Below are positions 49,211 to 62,868 of a stretch of 64,000 nt of DNA, piece by piece. Position 1 is the stretch's first letter. Each line of letters starts with the position of its first letter. The notes under the pieces were generated by a model. That model ran no database searches. It saw only the letters and a list, made by a program, of their open reading frames with translations, and was not told the origin of the DNA. The position numbers were made by a program, and so were the translations under genes. The DNA is from Schmidtea polychroa (Eukaryota), in the NCBI GenBank assembly GCA_044892525.1, contig CM097885.1:234982001-235046000 (forward strand). The letters are read 5' to 3'.

Positions 49211-51573
49211 ATCTATAAATGTGCTTTCATATAATCCTGCCAGTTCTGATTCAAATATTTTCGACGATTATATAGCTCACCAACCTCATCTTAGTATAAT
49301 ATATTGTTCTAAGGTTATCGATGGTAGGCCGATTTATTTATTACTTCTCAGTAACAAAGATAAATATCATTATACGGCCGTTACAGATTTAGACAAGTTA
49401 ATGAACTGTCATTTAAATGAGAATTGTAATATACAAATAAGGTGTAACTGGTGCCCACATTGCCTAAATGGGTTCAGATATAAGAATGCTTTTGATCAGC
49501 ATGTTGCTCTATGCTGTAAGAATCAGACTCGCACAACACTTTATACACTCCTCAAAAATAAAGATTTATTATTTATTGATTATTCAAAAACAGTTACACC
49601 TCCCTTTGTGATTTATGCCGATTTTGAATCGGTTTTACCAGAACATATCATACATCACCAAATTCATTTACCCATATCAGCAGGTCTTTTACTTATAAAT
49701 AATTACAATCACAATAAATTTTATTTTGATTTTTTTGGACCGAATTGTATTTTGGAATTTTTTAGGAAGGTGGCGGAAATTGCTGTCACAATTGTCCTGC
49801 CATATTATGAGCTCCAAGGTAATAAAGACATGTATACTTTGTCTTTGGCTCAGTAGCGTGGCTTTTGAGCTAGTAAAATTTGTTATTTGTTCAAAAAAGA
49901 TAGATATGTAAGAGCTGCATGCAGAAATGCAATATCTCTAGTAGGATTAATAAATTATTACCAGTTGTTTTTCATAATTTAAGATTTGCACCATATTTTG
50001 AAACATTGCCTCAGTGATTTTCCCACTTGGGAGTTGAATATTATACCTACCTCAACTGAGAAATTTATTTTTTTAATTGCTTATATTAACAAATTGCTTA
50101 TTCGTTTTATTGACAGCATGCAATTTGTTAATTGTTCTTTAGCTAAAGCTGTGAAAACTTTTTCCTTTAATTTCGTCTGTCTATCAGGGGTTAATAATTC
50201 ATTCGAAAGGTATATTTCCGTATAATTTTTCTAATTCTTTGGATGTGCTTGAGTCTACTTCTGAATTACCCCCTATTTGGTCTGATGTTACGGAAGATGA
50301 TAACTAATTTGGAGACAGCATAACTGTAATAAATTGTTAGATTATATGTTAAGTTATCTCAAATTAGACGTATACCTCCTTGCAGACTATTTTCAGCAAT
50401 TCCGTGGAAAGGCAATTGCTTACAATGGTCTGGATCTACTTAATTTTTACGGGATTCCCTGTATGTCATGGGCCTCAGCGCTTATGACATTAACGGAACC
50501 TATAGAACTTTTGCAGTATAAGGAAATGTACAATTTCTATGAGGGATGTATACGAAGTGGGTTAACATTTGTTAACAAACATTACACTGCTACTTCAGAT
50601 AATACAGAATTATTGTATATAGTTATAAATAATCTGTATGGTTGGGCTCTTAGCCAAAATGTTCAGCATGGTGATTTTTCTTGGGTGAATGATAATCTGA
50701 ATGATGTTTTACTTGAATTTATGAACACGGATATTGAAATCCTTCCATTTGGGTACACTATGGAGGTTGATATCGATATTCCGGAATATGTGCATGATGT
50801 CTTGAATGATTTTCCGCTTGCGCACGAAAGGTTGTGCCCACCTAATTCAAAAGTCGAGAAGCTTATGCTTACGCATTGGCCAAAGAGGAACTATGTTCTT
50901 CATTGGAGGCATCTCAAATTATACATAGAATTAGGTGCGATTGTTGTAAATATTCATAGATGTATTAAATTTAAGCAAGAACCAATATTTAAATCGTATA
51001 AAGACACCAACAAAACTTTACGATCTCAGTTTACTAGCGAAATATATAGGGACTTGTTTAAATTGTAAAATAATAGCATGTACGGTAGAGAAATGAATTT
51101 GAGGTTATGTAATTCATTTGAAAAGATGATAGTATATACCTCAAAACCGACTTTCAGAAAATCAATAAGAATTGATGGTTATCTGATAGCCACTCATTTA
51201 AAGAAGGACTCTATATGTTTAGCAGATCTAGTTACATAAGTCAAACAGTACTAGATCTGTCTAAACTGCGGATGTACCAGCTCCAATATATTGATTTGGA
51301 GAAATACAGACGCCAATTTAATTGTATAATAAATATTATAGTCGGTGATACTGACAGTTTTTTTCTAGAGATTAAAAATCTCAAATTAGATATATTATTG
51401 CCTCAGATGATCTCAGATAATTTATTGGACACATCTAACTATGATCCAACACACCCCTTATATAATAGCAACCTTGTCTCAGTCACCGGGAAGTTTAAAG
51501 ATGAGAGAAAGGGATTAGGATATTCAGAATGGGTTTTCTTACGCCCTAAATGTTATAGTCTTTTAGGCAGTAA

Positions 51574-52296
51574 CCACTTGCCGGGCGATTTTTTTTCATG
51601 TTTTCGGTCAAAAAAAACTATTTTTTTTAAATCATTAATTAATAGTATATAATCAAAATATAACGTAAATATATTTTTTTTAATTTTCCGAGTTTGTATT
51701 CACTAATTATTAATTATTGTTATTATATAAAAAAAATAAGAGCCACTGTGTAGATATCATCCCTTAGGATATTAAATAAGAGTTCCATCATAAAATTAGT
51801 CAACTGTGAGGCTATAAATAATGAACCCGCTCGATGAACCCATTTTATAAATCAATAAAATATATTTTTAACAGTTAAAAATGAAATAGTTCAAAGTGCA
51901 CACACACACACAAACAAAAAAACAGTTTGAAAAACACGAAATGTCCGAAGAACGAAGTGAAACAATTCAAAAACGATGCAGTCGCACGCGTGGTTATTGG
52001 ACAACTGATATTTTAGAAAATATGAAATAAATACGACCCTGGAATTCACGTGTGTATAGCCAAAAATTTACATGTGTTTATAAAAAAAATGACCTCAGAA
52101 ATTGCAGTTTAGAACATAAATATCGTAAAATAATGTTATTCGAAATATCGCTCATATGTTAGTCCACGCCCAGGATCAGATTTCTTATTCAAAGGACAAT
52201 ATTTTTTTCTATATGAGTTTGCGCTCACATGTGAGCGCTCGCCCGAAATGGTACACATTTTTTGCACTCATATTTGAGCGCGCGCCCGGCATGTGG
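51574..52296. mobile_element. Non-autonomous TIR element (piggyBac-like) inside pPolB
   Basis: TIR CCAC(T/A)TGCCGGGCG; 4-bp TSD GTAA; removing it restores LLGSKETGKAKGVK. Confidence 0.8.
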
Positions 52297-52710
52297 GTAA
52301 GGAAACAGGTAAAGCAAAGGGGGTTAAATTACCTGGGACATCCATAAACCACCAATAATATGTAGATTGTTATAATACAAATCAGGTGATTTCTGTATCG
52401 CAGACTAGAATAGGTACTAGAAATCACCAATTATTTACATTTAAAAACTCGAAAATTTCCCGATCTAATAATGACGATAAGCGTGCGTGAATAGGCAAAA
52501 ATATAAGTTTTGCATTTTGACATTAGCGATTATGATGATGATGAATTCGGACCAGCTCCAAGTCGCAGTTTCAACGAGAGCTCATGGGATGAGGAAGACC
52601 AATGATAAAAACTTGTATAAAATATTATGTGATCTCAAAAACTTGTATAAAGTGTTATAAAACTTTGTAATAGTTTTTTATATGTTTTTATGTTTTCAAA
52701 ACTTAATAAT

Positions 52711-52810
<100 letters not shown>

Positions 52811-52859
52811 TTAATAATAATAATAATAATATCTTTAGAAATAATAATGTGAAATATAT

Positions 52860-53183
52860 ATAGCTCATTCGAAAGGTCTTGCATTGGGCTTTAAAATGAA
52901 CCATCGGTCAATAATGTGGGTTGGCGAGAACTCTGTAAATATAATAAAATAATAATATTTTGAAAATAACAATATGACCTTGATGAGTCATTGGATGAGT
53001 CATACGACATTGAAAATGACCTTGACGAGTCATGATCTTTGTTTAAATGACATTGAAAATTTTTTTACTTGATGGGTCATCGGATGAGTCATGGTCTTTG
53101 TTTAAAATTTGGCCTTGAAAATTTTTTTCTTAATTTTTATAAAGGTGGGGTAAGATGGTCTAGCGGTGCCCAATCCATCTACT
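52860..53183 (-). repeat. Right terminal inverted repeat of Polinton-like A
   Basis: Reverse-complement similarity to 61383-61995, including terminal AGTAGATGGATTGGGCACCGCT and TGACTCA/CAAGGTCA units. Confidence 0.75.
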
Positions 53184-53199
53184 ACCCAGACCAACCCAT

Positions 53200-53900
53200 C
53201 AAAATGGTGAAATCCATCATGGCCGCCAAACGACCAAATGAAATTTATAAAAATATATTTTTAAGCTTTAAAATAACAAAAAATCATAAAAAGAATTTAT
53301 AAAGAAGCAATTAAAATAAGAATCAGACTAAAATAGAATGGAATGTTCTGGAAAAGCTTATGGCCATCATGGAGGCAAATTTAATAAAAAATAATTCAAA
53401 AATAAAATTTTAAAAATAAAAGCAAATATTATTGAACAAAATCGCCATCAAAAATGATAAAAATTAAGAATCGAATTTATTAAAATTAAAAAAATTCGAA
53501 TTTGTTTTACTACATCAGTGCATGCACACATACTTTTAATTTAATCTACGGATCATTATTCACCGGAAGTCCTACCGACTTCGTGGTTTTGTTCCGGGGA
53601 GTTCGTTGGTTAATTTTCTTCTGTGGTGGCTAGCATAGCCATACGGCTATGTCGACTAAAATCAAATTAAGTAATAGGTTCGACGTTACAACTCGTTTTG
53701 CTGTAACGTCGACCGCTACATAACACTAGGGTCTATCGTACCGAGTCGAGTTCGGCAAGGAAATAAGACAAATTTTAATTAATAGACCTTTTTGCTGTAA
53801 AATTACATACTTAAATTTCTTCATCCAAATATCTATAATACAACACACTAAGGGTTTACTCTCTCAAGTCGGCTGAAGGAAGTAAACGAATAATATGCAT
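53200..53900 (+). repeat. Diverged relic of the giant-element LTR-like region
   Basis: GAATGTTCTGGAA..CCATCATGGA..AAAATCGCCAT..TTCGA.TTTGTTTTA collinear with 15555-15745; ACACTA(A/G)GG motifs shared with 16180-16300. Confidence 0.7.
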
Positions 53901-54420
53901 CGACTCAATCTCATTACAATATTGTAAGCAATGACTCGATAATGTAGCCGTTTACTTCTAAATAACTAAACTATAAATGAGTTTTTAATTGTAATTCAAA
54001 ACAGAATCCGAATATCTTAATATCTTAGTAACCAGAATATCAGGGGAATCCCTTCCCAAATTTTCAAAAGGGACTTCAAAAACTTAGTGTCATCCCTGAT
54101 TGCCATTGAATAAATTTAAATATAGACCAACAATTTCACAGGATACCATGTCTAGTAAAATTTTATTATTTTTTATTATTTATTGATGTGACTATCAAAC
54201 TTAATAGTCTTTATTATTAACATTCATGTTAATATAATTTTATATATTCACATATTTTATTGTTATCATGATAACTACCAAGCTGTATAAACCTAACCGT
54301 AAGTAGCGACCCACCGACCTTTGCCCTACTTATATAGGTTGATAGACTAAAAATAATAACCATTTAATGAATGTGGCCACCTTAAACCTATTACCACACC
54401 TGAATCGATAAAATGATATA

Positions 54421-54634
54421 CAGTAATACCCCGTTTTACGTACACTAAAATAAAAGTATAAAACTACATGCATAATATCCCTCTTTTTCTTTTTCTTTTT
54501 ATTTATATGTTTATTGTTTTAGTTTATTTCAAACATATTATTCATCAATAAAAGCAGTAGATTCATTTTACGTACATTTTTGTTTTACGTACACGCTCCG
54601 GTCCCAAAGTGTACGTAAGTGCGGGGTATTACTG
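54421..54634. mobile_element. Tc1/mariner (pogo-like) MITE
   Basis: TA TSD; TIR CAGTAATACCCCG..TTACGTACACT. Confidence 0.82.
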
Positions 54635-54740
54635 TACATTTGATAACCAATCAGCGACAACAACCCTGAGTGGCTTACGACTTCAAGAACTAGCCCGGAC
54701 CAATCCCCGGTAAACCCTAACAATGTATATAGCTTATTAT

Positions 54741-54960
54741 CAATGGCGGAACTTCAAAATTTGGGCCCCCCGCGCAATGTAAAATATTTCCACTTAAATT
54801 TTTCGGTTAATGTTTAATACATAGTTATTCACGGCAGCCGCTATTCAATGATAGTTTTATGTTTGTAGGCAAAAGTTTCAGAAAATGATTGTAAATATTT
54901 TTTAGTGATAATTTTGGGCCCCGGCAACGCAGGGTCCTGTGTCCACTATTTACGCCACTG
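54741..54960. mobile_element. hAT-type MITE
   Basis: CA(A/G)TGGCG termini; 8-bp TSD CTTATTAT. Confidence 0.65.
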
Positions 54961-54961
54961 C

Positions 54962-55053
<92 letters not shown>

Positions 55054-55122
55054 TTGTTATGATTATAATTATTATCATTATTATCATTATTCGATTTACC
55101 GTAATTTTGAACGTGCTATTAG

Positions 55123-55265
55123 CATGCGCGTACGCAGGGGGGGGGGGGGGGGGGGGTTACTGAGGGTTTAACCACCCCCCCCCCCATGATTCCAACAACA
55201 ATATAAAAAACTATAATTAATAAATATATAAACTTGAAACAATTTAAGAAATATTCCGAATGCCG

Positions 55266-55298
<33 letters not shown>

Positions 55299-58200
55299 TA
55301 ATAATGTACTTTCTATTACTAATAATAATAATTGCAGGACCCAAACAGTCGCGTTTTTAAATTTTCAAACGTGTATTTTTTTAAAAAAAATTCACACGAG
55401 TAGTGTTGCTTTGTTCAATTTACTTTGTTTTTTGTTTTCTCTTGAACTTGAAAGTCTAATTTTTGTTCTTACTGTTCATTTTAAAATTTGTGTTCTGTTG
55501 AGAAAGTCTAATTTCTGTTTAATGTTAATTTTAAAATTTGTTAATTCTAAATAATATTTTGTGAAGATGAATAACGAGAAAAGAAAATTAAAAAATTCTA
55601 CTTTAACAAATTATTTTGTTGAAAAATCTAAAACAAGTGATTTAGAAAGAACAGCTGATCAGGTTGCTCCTGTTTCTAGTGAAAATGATAGTGCTGCAGC
55701 TTCAGTAAGTGGATGTGAATGTGAGTCTCCATCAAGATCAGATTCAAATGTAATTATTAATGAAATTAGTAATTTTATTGGAAAAGACCAATACGAAGAT
55801 GAAAAAAGATTATTTTTGTTGAAAAACGTTTGGTATCCTGACGACAAATTTGTATTCCCAGTTAGTGGAAAACGTAATTTAAAGTTTCAATACAGCTGGT
55901 TTAGCAGGTGGAAATGGTTAGTATACTCAAAACCTTTGGATGGTGTTTTCTGTAAGTATTGTGTATTATTTTCTGCGAATTATGGTGGTGTCGGACATCA
56001 ACCGCTAGGAAAACTTGCCAAAACTGCTTTCTCAAACTGGAAAGATGCTATAGAAAATTTCAACAAACATCAAGAAACTGAGTACCATAAAACAGCCGTT
56101 CTTCACGCACAAAATCGTAAAGCAATTTCCGAGCATAGAATGGAACCTGTAGTGTTGGCATTGGACTCCGGTCTAAAAAAACAAATAATAGAAAATCGGA
56201 GTAGATTAACTCTAATAATAGAGACTATACATTTTTGCGGTCGTCAAGGTTTGCCTTTAAGAGGACATAGAGACTCTGGCACTTTAACACTTGATAATCC
56301 AGAAGAAAATGGTGGAATTTTTCGAGCACTTTTACGTTTTAGAGTCCATTGTGGAGATGAAATACTTAAAAATCATCTAGAGGTCTCAGGAAAAAATGCA
56401 ACTTATTTGAGTCCAAGAATTCAAAACGAAATTATAAGTGCATGCAACATAATAGTTGTTCCTTCAATTGTTGCTAAAATAAATAGTGCGAAATCATTTT
56501 CGATTTTGGTTGACGAAACTAGTGATATAGCTGGTATTGAACAATTTTTATTATGCTTTCGTTATGTAGATTCTGATTCGAATAACATCAGAGAAGATTT
56601 TTTACAGTTTGTACCTGTTACTGATGTGACTGGTAAGGGTCTTGCAAATGTTTTAATGCAGACTATGCGTAATATAGAAATAGATTCAAAATTCATGATT
56701 GGACAGGGTTATGATGGAGCTTCAGCAATGAGTGGACGATTTCATGGGGCACAAAAATATGTTAGTGATGAAAATAAGCTAGCTTTATATGTACACTGTG
56801 CATCTCATAGTTTAAACCTCGCTATTTCTGATGCTTGTGAAATTTCATTTATACGAAATTGTATAGGATCACTCGGAAGTGTGTACAATTTTTTAACACC
56901 CCAAAGCGCCAAGCCGTGCTAAAAAATTGTATAGACCAAATGGAATCTAAATCAACAGCAAGGCGACTAAAACAAATATGTCCCGCACGATGGATTCAAC
57001 GCCACGAGTCTCTCCTAGTATTTATGGAGCTTCAAAAAGCTGTAATTTCTGCAATGGAAATTATTTCTGAATGGGATGACAAAACAACTTCTTCTTCTGC
57101 AATTCAGCATCGATCTGTTATTAGGAGTACAGAATTTCAAGTATCGCTTCATGTTCTTGCCAAGGTTTTTGCTATAACCCTACCGCTAAGTCTATTACTA
57201 CAAACAATAAATCTTGATCTGGCCGCTGCAATGGGACTGGCAGAAAGTGTTGAAGAGGTGCTAGATGAAACACGACGTGAAATAGAAAAGCAATTTAATA
57301 CCATTTTCAGTGACGTCAAGAAAATATGTGACGAACTTAATGTAGAAATACGAATTCCTCGTCTAACCGGAAGACAAGTTCATTGCTGCAACATTGCAGT
57401 TGAAAATCCTGAAGAGTATCATCGTATTGCCATCTTCATTCATCTTTTTTATGGATTCTACAAAGATGCAAATTCACGATCGGTTTCTGAAACATAAAAA
57501 TATATTGCAAAGTTTTATGTGTCTTTTGCCAAATGAACAAAACTTTTCATCAGAGCACGAAAATTCTGCAAAAATCCTATTAGAAAAATATAATAGTATT
57601 ACAAACTGTAGCATAGTTGAGGGCATTGGTGAGCTGAAGTTATGGTGGCGCCATGTTTTAAATTCTTCGAAACACCAAAAAATGCTCATAATGCATTTTT
57701 AGCATTCGACGATTCAATTTTCCCAACTGTTCGAAAATTACTTAAAATATTTGCTACACTACCAGTTACAACATCAAGCAGTAAACGATCTTTTTCAACA
57801 TTGAGACGACTTAAAACGTATTTACGCAATACAATGAGTGAAGATAGGTTAAATGGATTAGCGTTACTTAATACTCATCGTAATGTCGCGATTTCTACAG
57901 ATGCAGTCTAGATGAACTAGCAAAAAGTTCACGTAAATTAGAAATTCGCTTGGATTAGGTAATTATGAATAGAAAAATCTTTGAACTTCAGTCTTAATTT
58001 ATATCGCTTTTTATTTTTTTCAGAAAATAGTCCTTTTGCTGAATATGCAATTTTTATTCTATTTTATAAGAAAACAATACATAATTTTTAATATATGTAT
58101 TGAGTTTTCTTATACAAAGATATTCATCATATGTATAATTTTCTATTAATTTTTCTTGCTTAATTTTTTATTAATTTTTTATTAATTTTTCTTATATAAC

Positions 58201-58500
58201 TTTTAATATGTATATAGTATATTACTTTTTTTCTAATAAAACTTTTATATTAATTTTTCTTATAATGTATAATTATTATTAATATTTCTTAATAAATTTT
58301 TATTTAGTTTTTACAATTTTCTATAAAAAAGTTGAGAGAAAAATATACCTATAGGTAATTGTTTTTATATTGAAATAAAGTGAAATATAATTTGAACATA
58401 ATTTGGTAAATAGTGCTAGCTATTACGTGAAAAAATAAAAATACATATACAAAATATGTTTTCTGAAACCCCCCATGGATTCATCCTGCGTACGCGCCTG
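55123..58500 (+). mobile_element. hAT (Tip100/PRKRIR-like) transposon, full length
   Basis: TIR CA(T/G)GCGCGTACGCAGG; 8-bp TSD GCTATTAG. Confidence 0.93.
55567..57958 (+). pseudogene. hAT transposase with several frameshifts
   Basis: FCKYC zinc finger, LRGHRD, FSILVDETSD, GQGYDGA, HCASHSLNL, RWIQRH, RSFSTLRRLKTYLR. Confidence 0.9.
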
Positions 58501-58955
58501 GCTATTAGTAATAACTTATTACTAATATAATATAATGAGATCAAGTAAACTAAAATAAAATATTGAATATTTTATTAATTTAGATCAATTATCAATTTAT
58601 GAACAAAAGTCATACCAAATTTTGCAATCTATCAATCAATTTAATAATTGTTATTAAATATTATTTTGTAATATTTTGTGAATTAAATGTTAATTCTTAA
58701 CTTTATTTATAAGATTATTTAAAAATTATTTTAAAATGTATTATACACTCTTTCCAATTTTAAATAATAAAGCATGAATTCAAATGATCAAATTTTTTTT
58801 TAATTTCGATATTATTATTATTATTATTATTATGGTTATTATTAATTCGATAATTTAATATTTCAGTAAAATTAGTTCATGTGAAAATTATATAACAATA
58901 GGAATAATGAGAAACAGTAAATAATATATTCTAAACAATCTGCCAAATTTCATTT

Positions 58956-59477
58956 TCATAGAGGCCAAATTCTCCAAAAATATTGAAATTTTTTCCGATC
59001 TGACATCCAAACATTCTTTATAACATCAAGATTTCCTTCATATATTTTTGTAACAAGTTTACTGTTTGCCTCACAAATTAATTTGAAGTGACCTTCCTAA
59101 AATATTTCATTTAGCTTTACATTTCATTTTACCAATTTATTACTTACCAAGCTTGCATCATCTGATTGACATAGACAGAATTGGCCATTTTCCCCAACCC
59201 AAATGAAACATCTGGGATCATTCAAGCTTTTAATGTCAGATTTATCACTAGTCAAACTAAGTCCTCGGTTGAATCTAGATTTACAGAAATACATTTGAGA
59301 GGTCAAATGCTTTATTTTGCAATTCATCCAATTTGGGCTTTGTTCATTGTAAAAATACGTAATGAAAACATTTGAAGAATCATGAATCGGGTCATATTTC
59401 CCTATTTCAACAGACTTATTAGAATTGACAAAAATGTAATCTTTCGTTTGACAATTGAATAATTTATTTGTGCTCAT
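58956..59477 (-). CDS. Copy 3 of spliced possible beta-trefoil protein (intron 59097-59147)
   Basis: Near-identical to the other copies. Its extra in-frame stop falls inside the predicted intron; the C-terminus is slightly altered. Confidence 0.55.
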
Positions 59478-60654
59478 TAAAACAACTGAAATAATTTTAT
59501 TAACTGAAATTACCATCAATCAGATTAGCTTATATAGAGCATAAGTGGAATTATTAACTACCGAAAATAAATGTTTTATACTATTAATATGAAGTAATTA
59601 TAATTAAATTTCTAATTTAATAACAATAATCTAAATTTGTAAACAAATTACAAAGCTGTCTCAATAATTATGATAAAATACTTCAATTATATTTATACAT
59701 TTATTATTCAACCAATAGTTTATAATTAATATTAATTTGGTGGAATTTTATTTTGGCAGTGAAATTATTCCTATCAAATCATTGAGATTTTGTTTTAATT
59801 TGTCAATTATTTGTTTTATCAAATTTATATTAATTACCTGAAAAGGACATCCATGTTTTAATAAAAATAATGTCACAATAACCATTCGTTTTTAACCAAA
59901 AGGTCAAAGCCCTTAACCCTAGAGCGTACCTACCCTCAACTCCCCAACAAAACGCAACCCTAACTTGTGTGACAGCTCGAACAATACTGTATTTAAAATT
60001 TTAAAATTTTCAAACGAATACTCGTAAGGAAATAAACCCCGGCAATTACTGAGGTAACTAATGACATAAAGTTCCATAAAAGTCAATTTATTTCTAAGTT
60101 GTTAAGATCAATTAAATTTATTACCAATACATCATAAATTAATTAATATAAATGAAAAAAATAGCAAACATTTTATTTAAATGAACCAAACTATAATAAA
60201 TGAAATACCTCCTAAATTTGAAGTTCTTATAATTTTAGATATTTCCTATATTATTTTTTATATTTTATTTTATAATTTACATTTTAAAAAAAAATAATTT
60301 TTTAATTTATATATTTTTAATTTAAATAAATAAGTCTTGATGTTTTATTTTCGAGTTTGATTTAACTTATTGCTGGTTTACATTGTTGTATTTACCAATG
60401 CAGATAAACAAAATATAAAAAACAAAGTCTCAAACTTAGTTTTAGCCCAACAATTATAATAAATAGAGTTAATAGAAAATATTCCTGTGAAGCAATGTAT
60501 ACCATTTCGAAGTTTAATAAAATATTGCTAATTTATAAACAATTTATAAAATTTATTTAAAACTGTTATTTATAATTTAAAAATTTATAGATTATATAAT
60601 TTGTTTATAAATTATCAATATTGTATAGTTGATTCATCCCTAGTGAATGTAGGT

Positions 60655-60693
60655 AACCTGATGATGATAGTGATGCTATCGAAAAATATAGTG
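60655..60693 (+). ncRNA. Divergent minimal hammerhead ribozyme motif
   Basis: CTGATGA-T-GATAG-TGATG-CTATC-GAAA-AATATA-GTG; stem II differs compensatorily from the other copies. Confidence 0.55.
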
Positions 60694-61497
60694 AAAAAGA
60701 TGTACGAATGGCGATTAAAATTAAATTGGTTTTATATTATTAATTAAATCAATAAGCTATATGAGTGCAAAATCATTTTATACACTTAATTGCAACCATT
60801 CTTTTGAAAATCGTTACTAAAATTAGTAAGTACAAAAATCGTCGGAAAATGCAAGTTTAATATTACTATTACATCCGGTTTCACAGGATAACAACTCATA
60901 AAGTAAAATAAATTCAATAAATTTTATAATATAATCAGCGTGACTATTCGACCCTGATCCTGCTGGACTGTATAAGATTCTAACTCTATGTCCTAAACAA
61001 AGGTATGTCATGGAAAATATCCACGAATTAGAGATTCGTATATTATCAATATAAATTTTGAATATGTTATATTTTCACATACAGATCGAATTATTTTCAG
61101 AGCTTTATATTGACAACATTGAGAACCAACATTATTTTTAAAATTTCAGCGAAAATCATATTTCTTGTGGTAATAAAAATGTTGGAATTTGCAATCAGTT
61201 TGCCGAGCACGAATGCGCTACAGAAAGAACTTTTTAAATTATAAATAATATGGGGATAGTAGATAAATCGCAATTGAATATTGATACTTTGAAGACAATG
61301 GCTATCTTATAGGCGATTTTTTTTCATTTCTATTAAATATATTATTCGCATCAACAGGCTTAAGTTATCATTTAATTGTGTTAGTAGATGGATTGGGCAC
61401 CGCTGGCACAGGGCACCGCTAGCACAGTACCCCCCCCCTCCCCCCCCCGTCGGTAAGATTTTCAAAAATATTCTAAGTCTAAAAGTACATTTTTTTT

Positions 61498-61845
61498 TCA
61501 AGGTCAAATTTAAACAAAGACATATGACTCATCAAGGTCATTGAAACAAAGACCATGAATCATCCTATGACTCATAAAAATTTTTCAAGGTCATTTAAAC
61601 AAAGACCATGACTCATCCGATGACTCATCAAGGTCATTTTCAAGGTCATATGACTCATAATATGACTCATCAAGGTCATTCTCAAGGTCATATGACTCAT
61701 CCGATGACTCATCAAAATTTTCAAGGTCATTTTCAAGGTCATCTGAGTCATCCTATGACTCATCAAGGTCATTTTCAAGGTCACATGACTCATCCAAGGT
61801 CATTCCCAAGGTCATATGAGTCATCGCGATGACTCATCAAGGTCA
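61498..61845 (+). promoter_or_regulatory. Tandem array of ATGACTCAT (AP-1-type) and TCAAGGTCA (NR5A/ERR-type) motifs inside the TIR
   Basis: About a dozen copies of each motif interleaved in ~350 bp. The motifs are directly visible; regulatory function is inferred. Confidence 0.55.
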
Positions 61846-61996
61846 TATTATTATTTTTAAAAAATATTATTATTTTTATTATTATTTTTAAAAATATTAT
61901 TATTTTTAATTTTTTCAAAGTTCCCGCAAACGAAAATTAATAATCGATAGCTCATTTTAAAGCTCAATCCAAGACCTTTCGAATGAGCCATATATC

Positions 61997-62137
<141 letters not shown>

Positions 62138-62262
62138 GTATTAATCTATATACACCGAGTCTATATACTCTGAGTCTATCCGACAAAATATTTTGTCCCC
62201 CTATGGGTAATGGTCACAAGGGTACTGGTCACGCTCAACAAATCAACAAAACATACATTTAT

Positions 62263-62763
62263 TTAAACAATAAAATAATGTAAAATTAACAAAGGTAAAC
62301 TAAATATTGATGTACTTCTATTCGCAGCATTATTGTTAGAAATTGGTAACGTTGAATTGATTTTCAGATATTCTATTGATCCTTTGATTGTTTGAATTTC
62401 TCTTAATAATAATTCAATCTTTTTTAACAAATAATCATGCTTCTTATCAATAATCTTCATATTCTTTTTATTTTCAGTAATAGAGTTATTGAAAACCTTA
62501 ATATGATCAATCAATTTAATTTTTATATTTTGTATATATTCAAATGTTAGTTCATAACTGTTTTCTAAATTCTCCAATCTTTGAGATATTCTTTTTCCTG
62601 GATGCTTTGACCATTTTGGTTTATCGAGAATATATAAAATATCCATCAACTTGGCTGTATTCGGACAAACACATATTGATTTATTAAAAGACTCCACCGT
62701 TATTGTTGTATTGTGTGAGCACACACTCGTTATAATAATTAGCAATATGAATAGAGTTTTCAT
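62263..62763 (-). CDS. Secreted or GPI-anchored coiled-coil protein, 166 aa
   Basis: Signal peptide MKTLFILLIIITSVCS; several N-x-S/T sequons; heptads; hydrophobic C-terminus IFSLPLLILHYFIV. Confidence 0.65.
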   Translation of the reverse strand: MKTLFILLIIITSVCSHNTTITVESFNKSICVCPNTAKLMDILYILDKPKWSKHPGKRISQRLENLENSYELTFEYIQNIKIKLIDHIKVFNNSITENKKNMKIIDKKHDYLLKKIELLLREIQTIKGSIEYLKINSTLPISNNNAANRSTSIFSLPLLILHYFIV

Positions 62764-62868
62764 GGTGTATCAAATCAAAACCTTTCTTTTACATTTATAG
62801 TCTATCAACCAATCAAAATCATCCGGTATTAGTATAAATAAAACATCATATTTTAAATTATTGTAAAA

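Larger units (their letters stand above)
43990..52530 (+). pseudogene. Protein-primed family B DNA polymerase (Polinton-type), split by Gypsy and MITE insertions
   Basis: GSGW and VKNNDHKCF before 44499. After 49211: YADFES, RFIDS, YLKLDV, NNLYGWA, NNSMYG, GDTDS, GKFKDE, LRPKCY. After 52297: KAKGVK and DDKR. Confidence 0.85.

Noticed and set aside
61498..61845. CRISPR-like array, or His/Met-rich ORFs 61572..61793 and 61608..61832
   Set aside because: No unique spacers or cas genes; the ORFs are translations of the ~12-bp motif array.
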